DNA of 64,000 bases from Deltaproteobacteria bacterium (GTDB lineage: Bacteria; Lernaellota; Lernaellaia; JACKCT01): NCBI GenBank assembly GCA_020633895.1, contig JACKCT010000001.1:462130-526129 (forward strand). Reading direction: 5' to 3'. The position numbers and the translations under genes were made by a program. How positions within the stretch are numbered: position 1 is the first letter of the stretch; each line of letters begins with the position of its first letter. The notes beneath the pieces are model-generated. The model was not told the origin of the DNA. It saw only the letters and a list, made by a program, of their open reading frames with translations, and did no database searches. This document shows, in pieces, positions 9,401 through 16,409 of this stretch.

Positions 9401-12400
9401 TTCCGTCATTGGACCGACGAGGCCGGCGCCGCGAAAATCGTCGCCGCCTTCACCAAGGAGATCGACGAGCTGGTCGACCGGCTCATCGACTCGGGCCGCA
9501 GCATGATCGGCTTCACGATCTATTCGGCCAACCGCTTGTTCGCCAAGGAAGTCATGCGGCGCATCAAGGCCCGCGATCCCAAACGCGTCATCGTCGTCGG
9601 CGGCCGGGGCGCCCACACGAAAAACGAGCGCCTGCTCTTCCCTCGCGATCTGGTCGACTACTTCATCGTGGGCGAGGGCGAGACGTCGCTGATCCCGTTG
9701 ATGGAGGAAGTCTTCGCCGGCAAATCGGGCCAAGGGCTGCCGGGCGTGGACACCTACGACGGATTCGAACTCACCGGCTACGAGCCGCGCCCGCGCCTGC
9801 ACGACCTGACGCTTCTGCCGCCCCCGGCGTACGACATGCTGCCGCTGGACCTGTATCGCGGCGACGAGATCCCCGTGCAGTTCTCGCGGGGGTGCGTGGC
9901 TCATTGCACCTTCTGCAACGACTCGCACAAGAACACGGGCTTTCGTTCCCGGCCCGGCAAGCACATGGCCGCCGAGATCAAGCAACTGGTCGAAGTCACG
10001 GGACGCAAGCGTTTCCGCTTTAACGACCTGCTGATCAACGGCAACCTGGAAGTGCTCGAGGAGTTGTGCGACGAGCTGATCGCCATGGACCTGGGCATCA
10101 AGTGGATCGCCCTGTTCCAGCCTCGCGGCGACATGAAGGACGAACTGCTTTTCAAGATGGCCAAGGCCGGATGCTACACGGTCAACATGGGCGTGGAGCA
10201 CGGCTCGACGCGCATCCTGAAGATCATGGGCAAGGGCTTCAAGGTCGCCGACATGGAGCGGGCGCTGCGCCAGACGCGGGCGGCCGGCATCAACACGATG
10301 CTCAATTTCATCATCGGCTATCCCGGCGAGACGCGGGAGGATGTCGACGAGACCATCGACTTCATCCGACGCAATCGCGAAAACATCTGCGGCGTCACGT
10401 CGGTCAACGCGTGCATCCTGCTTGAGGATTCGGCCATCGAACGCCGCGCGATCAAGCTGGGCGTCACGTACGACGACTATGCGACGCGGGACGTGAACTG
10501 GGTCCTGGGCGACAACACGCCCGACGAGCGCCAGGCGCGTCTGCGTAAGTTCGTGGAGTTTTTGGAAGCCGAGAACATTCCGTACCTGGTCACGAATCTC
10601 AAGGAACGCGCGGCGAACCTGGACGACCTGTCCATCGACGACATCGCCGCCGCGCCGGCCAACGGCGCCTCCAACGGTGAAACGCACGCCGTTCCCGGCG
10701 AATTGACGAATGTCGATCCCGAGCAGTTCGAATCGGTGGACGGTTTCATCCAAACCCGCGAGACCGGGTCGAACATCGCCGCCTACGCGACGCACGGCGA
10801 CCTGGGCGGCGGCCACGCCGAGGACGACGGCTTTGATCCGGCCAAGGGCGAGCCGCGATGGGAGGTCATTCCCACGGACTACGCGGACGTCATCTTCATC
10901 AAGTGTCCCCCCTGGGGCGTGGACGTCCCGCCGCTGGCCATTGCCTACCTGTCCGAGATGTGCCGCCAGGACGGCCTGAAGGTGCAGGCGGTCGACCTGA
11001 ACGTGAAGGTCTACAACCGCTGTCACGATCGCGGCCTGTGGGATATGGACCGCTACGCCGAGTGGGCCGACCCGAAATTCTTCCCCAAGACCTACAAGGA
11101 TTTGTGGGAGTGGACCGGGCACTACCTCAAGCAGATCGCCGAACATCCCGCGCCGGTCATCGGCCTGTCCACCAACACGGCCAACTACCGCTTCACCGTC
11201 GAGACGGCCCGCCGCCTCAAGGAGATGGCGCCGGAGAAGACCATCGTCATCGGCGGCACGGGTATTTCCAACAGTTTCGACGTGGAAGAACTCACGCCCA
11301 CCGACGCGGACTACCTCTTTTTCGGCGAAGCGGACATGGGCATCGCCAAGTTCGTGCGGGCCGTCGTGGACAAAAAAGATCCGGGAGACATCGAGGGCCT
11401 GATCAAGGTCGGCACCGAGTTTACTTACAGCTCGGTGCAGCGGGCGATTGTCGAGAAGGGCCTGAAGGTCGCCAACCCGACGATGATCGAACTGAACCTG
11501 AACGAGTACAGCTCCTCGGCCGTGCCGCTGCTGGCCAGCCGAGGATGCGTACGCCGATGCACCTTCTGCAACGACCATCAGATCTATCAGAAGTACCGTT
11601 ATCGCGAGGCCGAGGACGTGTTCAAGGACATGGAGTGGCACGTCAAGAATCGCGGCACGTCCCACTTCGCTTTCCTGGACCTGCTGCTCAACGGCAACAT
11701 GAAGACCCTCGTGGGTTTCTGCGATCTGGTCATCGAATCGGGCTACAAGGTGGCCTGGGGCGGGCAATGCATCGTGCGCAAGGAGATGCGCGCGGACGTG
11801 TTGCAGAAGATGGCCAAGGCCGGGTGCATGAGCATCGTGTACGGCATGGAGAGTTTCTCGGATGAAACGCTCAAGCTCATGCGCAAGTACTACACGCAGG
11901 AGTTGGCCAAGCGCGTCCTGACCGACACGAAAGAGGCGGGCATCGAGCCGATCATCAACATCATCTGCGGCTTCCCCGGCGAGACCGAGGAAGACTTCAT
12001 GCAGACCTACAACTTCATCAAGGACAATCCGGACATCGTCGGCCAGGTGGCGTCGGTGTCGCCGTGCCTGATCAACCTGGGTTCGGAACTGTTCGATCGC
12101 TACAAGGATTTCGACATCCGCTTCCCCGAGGAAGACGGGTCGGTCAAGTGGTACACGGGTGATAAGTCCAACACCTACGACATCCGGCTGCGTCGGGTGA
12201 TGATGATTACCGAGCTTCTCGCCAGCCGCGACAAGCACATCCACACGGTTAACATCTACGACAACGACGACAAAAAGGTCATGCGCGCCCGAGACGACAA
12301 GGCACGCTTCGACCGGGCCGTCGCGTCGGGTGGGTCGTTGCTCGGGGCGCCGCTGGTGGACGGGTCATCCCGCGCGGAGGCGGGGGAGTCGCCGGGAAAA

Positions 12401-14053
12401 TCTGAGACCGATGTCGCGGCGGCGGCGGCCTCGGTCGAGAATGCGCTGCCGCAAGTCGCCGTTCCGCAAAATGGAGCGCCGACGGTCGAAATCCACGCGC
12501 CGGGCACGAACGGCCATGCGAACGGTTCGACAAACGGCCACGCCAATGGTCGAACAAACGGGCACGGTAACGGCGTTGGCCAGCACCACATCGAGGACGT
12601 CGCGCCGGTGCAAAAGGCCGACATCGTTCTCGCGCTGCTGCCGCCTTGGGGTGTGAATTTCCCGCCGCTGGGTATCGCCAGCCTGGCCGCGTCGGCGCGG
12701 GACGCGGGCTTCAGCGTTTACGCCCGGGACATGAACATCGAGTGCTTCGATTATTGCGGCGAGTACCTGCGTTCCTGGTGGGAGCCGGAAAACCTCAAGT
12801 ATTGGTCGCCGGGCAAGCGTCTGGACGAAGTCTCCGCGTTCATCATGCCCAAGATCGACGCCTTCATCGAGGACGCCATCCGCCGCCGCCCGCTCGTGGT
12901 CGGCCTGTCGACGAACGAATCGAACCTGACCTTCTCCACCCGCGTCGCCAAAAAAATCAAAGAGGCGCTGCCCGATTGCAAAATCATGTTGGGCGGGCCG
13001 GGGGTGGCGTGGCCGGCGGATCGGCAAAAACTCGTCGGCGAGGCCTTCGACGCGTGCATTATCGGCGAGGGCGAGGACAGCCTGAACCAGGTGCTGACCA
13101 AGATGAAGGCCGGTGAGTCGTTGGACGATGTGAGCGGCCTGGAGTGGCTTTCCGGCGAGATCAAGAAGATTCCCGACAAGGGCGATCTGGTCAAATCGCT
13201 GGACGACCTGCCGCTGCCGCTGTTCGACGAGTTCCCGCTGCATATGTATCAGACCAAGCAGTTCCCGCTGATGATCGGCCGGGGTTGCACCAACCGATGC
13301 ACTTTCTGCAACGATCCGCAGATCACCCCGAAGTATCGCTTCAAGTCGCCCGAGCGCGTGCTCGACGAGGTGATGGCCTACAAGGAGCGCTACGACGCCC
13401 ACGACTTCCACTTCTGCGATCTGCTCATCAACGCCCACATCCGCAACCTGCGTGACTTCGCCCAGATGGTCGTCGACAAGGGCGTGCGCATGGCGTACTC
13501 GGGGCAGGCGCTGATCAAAAAACAGATGGACGACGAAACGCTGCGTATCATCGCCAAGTCGGGATGCACCAGCATGGTCTTCGGCGTGGAGAGTTTTTCC
13601 GATCGCGTGCTGACCGACATGCGCAAGGGCTATACGGTGCAGCAGGCCAAGGAATGCATCGAGCGGGTGCATAACGCGGGGATCAAGGTGATCGTCAATC
13701 TGATCGTCGGCTTCCCGACCGAGACGGAGGTGGAATTCCAGGAGACGATCGATTTCCTACGCGAGAACCACGGCCTCATCGATTCGATCTCGGCCCTGTC
13801 GGCGTGCATCGTGACGGCGCAGTCGGATCTGGAGAAGAATCCGGACAAATACGGCATCGTCCTGCCCAAGCCCGAGCATTGGTGCCAGTGGTACTCCAAG
13901 GACGGCGCCAACACCTACGACGTGCGCCAGGAACGGCTCTATCGCATGCTCGACGTGCTCAATGAGTTGAAAATCTCCCACGGGATGACGAATCGTTATT
14001 TGGAGATGATCGACGAGCGCCAATCGGAAGGTGAGCAACCGGCGGCCCATTGA
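6422..14053 (+). CDS. giant (2543 aa) multi-domain radical SAM fusion protein: SPASM-type rSAM domain + four tandem B12-binding rSAM modules
   Basis: Single uninterrupted 7.6-kb ORF. Domain 1 (nt ~6422-7320): TSRCNSGCVMCPW + LPCCMDWRRK...LCVGCE SPASM-like. Modules 2-5 begin at ~7689, ~9229, ~10885, ~12620, each with (F/L)xPPPW/PVWG..PPLGLA B12-like N-terminus and RGCxxxCTFCN rSAM motif (IVEWSRGCVGRCTFCN, VQFSRGCVAHCTFCN, LLASRGCVRRCTFCN, LMIGRGCTNRCTFCN). Inter-domain linkers are Asn/Gly/His/Ser-rich (NGHSNGSSNGSS..., NGHANGSTNGHANGRTNGHGNG). Confidence 0.7.
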   Translation: MHAHDAKKTILSPEHLMIQTTSRCNSGCVMCPWPDTASAQPQGDMSDALYRRIVDEVREFPDLSRIMLYLMNEPLLDKKLPERVNLMRKARPYDEIYIVTNGLLLDRDLGDRLIDSGLSWLSISIHALEPATYEKITKRKDWAKRREPIERFIDRAMAARGEDFVQINITKVRPHISDEEYNAAAEHWRSLGVQRVDLDDGYISRAGNVEVFGHQRLSTRRTSGCKTIWAYKMAHVLYNGDVLPCCMDWRRKAVFGNVERDGGLLNVWRGQGRHGFLDKLGSGDELPEDFLCVGCEDAIPAEGAETVVINEAKSPPPPKKAAVPVKFVSKSEAAVTYADGTSVAASETIVLAAAPTPAKANGHSNGSSNGSSNSSANGHDNGAAAFDTGSSNPIIATYDAAVDESFRKGGRETEPTDFSKGEVDVVFFAPPPWLTSAPPLGLASITGFLRKMGWRVKVVDGNVRLYHFAGKTHQNLWDWERGPFWEKYDNVAGVFGEELRKMAREVAELRPSVVGVNCVSRKEVAFAIFLDELKKHHPECKVFIGGSGIGHFELRRHVRSIVRDYMDGFLVGEGELMMHKVLTRMRDGRTYDDIPGVATYVLETSEEIFTPQEETPDLGILAPPDYTDFDLSAYSSPSLIVEWSRGCVGRCTFCNINDLWKKVRVKAAEQVVEEIKTLQTRHGTEYFSVVDPMTNNDVDTLEAVCDGLIREKIHIKWSCGMSPNRRLTAEQFRKMAAAGCYRVEYGVESGSDTVLKRMGKEYKAEVAEQMIRDAHNAGIMVVLYLIVGFPGETEEDLQQTIAFLERNAKYISLVRSVNGMVIIHGAPVERKPEVFGIGELDRLEDGWTNRWSAGDNTPELRTERAARVTRKLNDLGIPVEFENVEEVMPNAMLYDKRMDQTKERLAAVEKDLNDLLGLMDKLMRGEPTRQVVGHDQLALVLCPVWGVDSPPLGLAAMAGFVRNQGYEPMVIDFNIELFHKANEKQKPFFEEDSFRHWTDEAGAAKIVAAFTKEIDELVDRLIDSGRSMIGFTIYSANRLFAKEVMRRIKARDPKRVIVVGGRGAHTKNERLLFPRDLVDYFIVGEGETSLIPLMEEVFAGKSGQGLPGVDTYDGFELTGYEPRPRLHDLTLLPPPAYDMLPLDLYRGDEIPVQFSRGCVAHCTFCNDSHKNTGFRSRPGKHMAAEIKQLVEVTGRKRFRFNDLLINGNLEVLEELCDELIAMDLGIKWIALFQPRGDMKDELLFKMAKAGCYTVNMGVEHGSTRILKIMGKGFKVADMERALRQTRAAGINTMLNFIIGYPGETREDVDETIDFIRRNRENICGVTSVNACILLEDSAIERRAIKLGVTYDDYATRDVNWVLGDNTPDERQARLRKFVEFLEAENIPYLVTNLKERAANLDDLSIDDIAAAPANGASNGETHAVPGELTNVDPEQFESVDGFIQTRETGSNIAAYATHGDLGGGHAEDDGFDPAKGEPRWEVIPTDYADVIFIKCPPWGVDVPPLAIAYLSEMCRQDGLKVQAVDLNVKVYNRCHDRGLWDMDRYAEWADPKFFPKTYKDLWEWTGHYLKQIAEHPAPVIGLSTNTANYRFTVETARRLKEMAPEKTIVIGGTGISNSFDVEELTPTDADYLFFGEADMGIAKFVRAVVDKKDPGDIEGLIKVGTEFTYSSVQRAIVEKGLKVANPTMIELNLNEYSSSAVPLLASRGCVRRCTFCNDHQIYQKYRYREAEDVFKDMEWHVKNRGTSHFAFLDLLLNGNMKTLVGFCDLVIESGYKVAWGGQCIVRKEMRADVLQKMAKAGCMSIVYGMESFSDETLKLMRKYYTQELAKRVLTDTKEAGIEPIINIICGFPGETEEDFMQTYNFIKDNPDIVGQVASVSPCLINLGSELFDRYKDFDIRFPEEDGSVKWYTGDKSNTYDIRLRRVMMITELLASRDKHIHTVNIYDNDDKKVMRARDDKARFDRAVASGGSLLGAPLVDGSSRAEAGESPGKSETDVAAAAASVENALPQVAVPQNGAPTVEIHAPGTNGHANGSTNGHANGRTNGHGNGVGQHHIEDVAPVQKADIVLALLPPWGVNFPPLGIASLAASARDAGFSVYARDMNIECFDYCGEYLRSWWEPENLKYWSPGKRLDEVSAFIMPKIDAFIEDAIRRRPLVVGLSTNESNLTFSTRVAKKIKEALPDCKIMLGGPGVAWPADRQKLVGEAFDACIIGEGEDSLNQVLTKMKAGESLDDVSGLEWLSGEIKKIPDKGDLVKSLDDLPLPLFDEFPLHMYQTKQFPLMIGRGCTNRCTFCNDPQITPKYRFKSPERVLDEVMAYKERYDAHDFHFCDLLINAHIRNLRDFAQMVVDKGVRMAYSGQALIKKQMDDETLRIIAKSGCTSMVFGVESFSDRVLTDMRKGYTVQQAKECIERVHNAGIKVIVNLIVGFPTETEVEFQETIDFLRENHGLIDSISALSACIVTAQSDLEKNPDKYGIVLPKPEHWCQWYSKDGANTYDVRQERLYRMLDVLNELKISHGMTNRYLEMIDERQSEGEQPAAH

Positions 14054-14070
14054 TACGTGAGGTGAGATCT

Positions 14071-14143
14071 TTCAGATCCGCGACCGTCAGGGAGCGGGTT
14101 GCCGCGACGAACTAACCCGCTTGCTGACGCGCGCGGTTCTGAA
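14071..14143. repeat. REP-like imperfect palindromic intergenic repeat, family A (short 73-bp form)
   Basis: TTCAGAtCCGCGACCGTCAGGGAGCGGGTTG...CAACCCGCttgctgaCGcgCGCGGtTCTGAA; the same unit recurs at 41286..41358 and in longer forms at 21969, 46924 and 48431; sits between convergent gene ends. Confidence 0.5.
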
Positions 14144-14158
14144 GCGACGAGACCGCCG

Positions 14159-14542
14159 CTAACTCCCCATCATCCTTCCCAGCAAAATCCCCAGCGCGCC
14201 CGCGCCCAGGCCGAAGAACAGGTTTGCGCCGATGTTGCCCAGCGCAACGCCCGGCTTGCCGATCTGCACGAAATGCAGCGTCTCGTAGCTGAAGGTGGAG
14301 AAGGTCGTGAACGCGCCGAGGAAGCCGACGGTGACGGCTGTTTTCATGTCGATGGGCATCAATTCCTTGCCCGCGATGGACGCGGCGAGGATGAAGGCGA
14401 GGATGAACGAGCCGACCACGTTGACGATCAGCGTGCTCAAGGCAAGCTTGCCTTCGAAGGCGGTGTAGGCCCATTTCCCGACGCCGAAGCGAGCCAGGGC
14501 GCCGGCCGCGCCGGCCAGGGCAATGTAGACATAGAGCATCAT
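14159..14542 (-). CDS. crcB: fluoride ion channel CrcB/Fluc
   Basis: Approx. 127 aa, four TM segments, GFLGAFTTFSTFSYE signature typical of CrcB; start chosen at MMLYVYIALAG rather than the upstream alternative-start extension. Confidence 0.8.
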   Translation of the reverse strand: MMLYVYIALAGAAGALARFGVGKWAYTAFEGKLALSTLIVNVVGSFILAFILAASIAGKELMPIDMKTAVTVGFLGAFTTFSTFSYETLHFVQIGKPGVALGNIGANLFFGLGAGALGILLGRMMGS

Positions 14543-14651
14543 CGTCACATCCCGCGTTGCACGTAAAGCCAGCCTAAACGTCCGCGACCGATCCGCCAAG
14601 ACCCGCCGCGAAGGCGTTTGACGCTCGGGTGATTCTCGCTAAATTAACGTC

Positions 14652-16034
14652 ATGGCAAACTCATCCCAGACTTTCGATGTTGTCGTCGTTGGCGCCGGTA
14701 CGGCCGGGGCGGCGGCGGCGTATCATTTCGCGCGCACGGGTCGACGCACCGCGCTTGTGGATCGAGGCAGCATGGAGGCGGCGGGGGCGCGATGGGTCAA
14801 CGGCGTGTCGCCTTGGATGTTCGAAATGTCCGGCATCCCGCTGCCCGAGGGCGAGGAAATCCGCGCCGCGGATTTTGCCGTGTCCATTCAGAACGCCTCG
14901 CGCACCAAACGCATGGATATCCGCCGGTCGCCCCTGTGGAATATCGATATGCGTCTGCTGGTGGCGCGACTGCATGCCTTGGGCCGGGGGCAGGGGGTCG
15001 CGTTTTTTCCGAGCATGGCGTTGTCGGACCTCGAATTCGACGGCGATCGCCCCGTGGCGGCCAATATGGCGACGCAAGACGGCGCGACGGTTCGTTTTGA
15101 GGCCGGGCTGTTCGTCGATGCTTCGGGCCTATCCGGAGTCTTGCGAACGCGCGTGCCCGCGTTGGCGTCGGCGTGTCCCATGCCGGAACGTATCGACCTG
15201 TGCGACGCGGCTCAGCAGGTGCGTCGGGTGTTGGATCACCGGGCGGCGGAAGCGTGGCTGAAAAAGCGCGGTGTTCGCGCGGGCGAGACCGTGTCCTATC
15301 TGGGTGTCGACGGCGGATTTTCCACACTCAATGTCGAGGTGGATTTCGACGAGTCGACCGTGGAGTTGCTGACCGGCACGATCGCGACGGACGACTACAA
15401 ACCGGGCTTGCAGCTCATCGAGGAATTCGTCGCCGAGCACGAGTGGATCGGGGAGGAGGTCTTCGGCGGCTCGGGGCTCATCCCCTTGCGGCGGCCTTAC
15501 GATCGCTTCGTGTCGCCGGGCGCCGCGCTGATCGGCAACGCGGCTTGCCAGGTGTTCCCGGCCCACGGCAGCGGCATCGGCACCGGCATGATCGCCGCGA
15601 AAATGCTGGCGGAGGCGTGCGAAGGTGTCGAGGACGTGGGCGCGCTGGGGCCGCTGTGGGAATATCAGGCGACGTTCATGCGGTCCATCGGCGCGACCAA
15701 CGCGGCTTACGACGTCTTTCGCAAACTCTCGCAGCGTATCGGCAGTAGTGAACTCGAACAGCTCGTCGGCTCGCCCCTCATGCCCGCCGTCACCACCATT
15801 GCCGCCCTCGACCAACGCATGCCCAAACTCGGGCCCGTGGATCTGGCGAAAATGGCCGCCGGGGCCTTGCAGCATCCGGGCCTGGTTTTCAAGATGCTCC
15901 CCACCGTGATGCGCATGAACACCGTCTATGCCCACTACAAGCTCTATCCCAAGGAGCCGGACATGGACCGCCTCGCCGCCTGGGCCCGCCGTGCCGATAA
16001 GCTCGTCGGCCCCACGCCGACGCATCGGGCATAG
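14652..16034 (+). CDS. FAD-dependent oxidoreductase (geranylgeranyl reductase-like / FAD-binding monooxygenase family)
   Basis: N-terminal DVVVVGAGTAGAAAAYHFAR GxGxxG dinucleotide fold, 460 aa; ATG at 14652 diverges from crcB. Confidence 0.65.
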   Translation: MANSSQTFDVVVVGAGTAGAAAAYHFARTGRRTALVDRGSMEAAGARWVNGVSPWMFEMSGIPLPEGEEIRAADFAVSIQNASRTKRMDIRRSPLWNIDMRLLVARLHALGRGQGVAFFPSMALSDLEFDGDRPVAANMATQDGATVRFEAGLFVDASGLSGVLRTRVPALASACPMPERIDLCDAAQQVRRVLDHRAAEAWLKKRGVRAGETVSYLGVDGGFSTLNVEVDFDESTVELLTGTIATDDYKPGLQLIEEFVAEHEWIGEEVFGGSGLIPLRRPYDRFVSPGAALIGNAACQVFPAHGSGIGTGMIAAKMLAEACEGVEDVGALGPLWEYQATFMRSIGATNAAYDVFRKLSQRIGSSELEQLVGSPLMPAVTTIAALDQRMPKLGPVDLAKMAAGALQHPGLVFKMLPTVMRMNTVYAHYKLYPKEPDMDRLAAWARRADKLVGPTPTHRA

Positions 16035-16103
16035 GCTCAATTTTCATCGGGTGAGGCCAAAGAAAAAGGCCGCGACGCCAAGTCGCAGCCTTTGCATTTC
16101 GTG

Positions 16104-16176
16104 CAGTCCCAACGGGAATCGAACCCGTGTTTTCGGCGTGAGAGGCCGACGTCCTAGGCCGCTAGACGATGGGACC
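16104..16176 (-). tRNA. tRNA-Glu (anticodon CUC)
   Basis: Minus-strand sequence GGTCCCATCGTCTAGCGGCCTAGGACGTCGGCCTCTCACGCCGAAAACACGGGTTCGATTCCCGTTGGGACTG closely matches the canonical bacterial tRNA-Glu cloverleaf; anticodon loop CUCUCAC gives CUC; TTCGATT T-loop. Confidence 0.7.
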
Positions 16177-16265
16177 ACAACGCACAATCGATGTGCAAGA
16201 AACTCGATGTCGGGGGCGTCCCCGCGTCGGGCTTCCGACGTTCGACCCTCGGGGAGCCAAGACGA

Positions 16266-16336
16266 TTCAGGGACTAGGATTCGAACCTAGATAACAGGAG
16301 TCAGAGTCCTGGGTCTTACCATTAGACGATCCCTGA
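16266..16336 (-). tRNA. tRNA-Gln (anticodon CUG)
   Basis: Minus-strand TCAGGGATCGTCTAATGGTAAGACCCAGGACTCTGACTCCTGTTATCTAGGTTCGAATCCTAGTCCCTGAA: 7-bp acceptor stem TCAGGGA/TCCCTGA, D-stem GTCT/AGAC, anticodon stem CAGGA/TCCTG with loop CUCUGAC, T-arm CTAGG-TTCGAAT-CCTAG; U-start typical of tRNA-Gln. Confidence 0.7.
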
Positions 16337-16409
16337 CCACCAAGTCGCGCACAGGATACGAATTGGCGGACCGCTGTCAAGACCGCGCCCCGGCCTCTTC
16401 CCGGGAATT

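Noticed and set aside
14099-14566. 155-aa plus ORF and 120-aa minus ORF overlapping crcB
   Set aside because: The crcB frame has the diagnostic TTFSTF motif and TM pattern. The others are featureless.
15129-16040. 303-aa minus-strand ORF overlapping the FAD oxidoreductase
   Set aside because: The plus-strand frame has the GxGxxG FAD fold and an ATG start. The minus translation is low-complexity Arg/Gly-rich.
16180-16265. tRNA-like fragment (GTTCGACCC, CGGGGGCGTCCCCG hairpin) between tRNA-Glu and tRNA-Gln
   Set aside because: It cannot be folded into a complete cloverleaf. It is probably just the inter-tRNA spacer of a co-transcribed tRNA pair.
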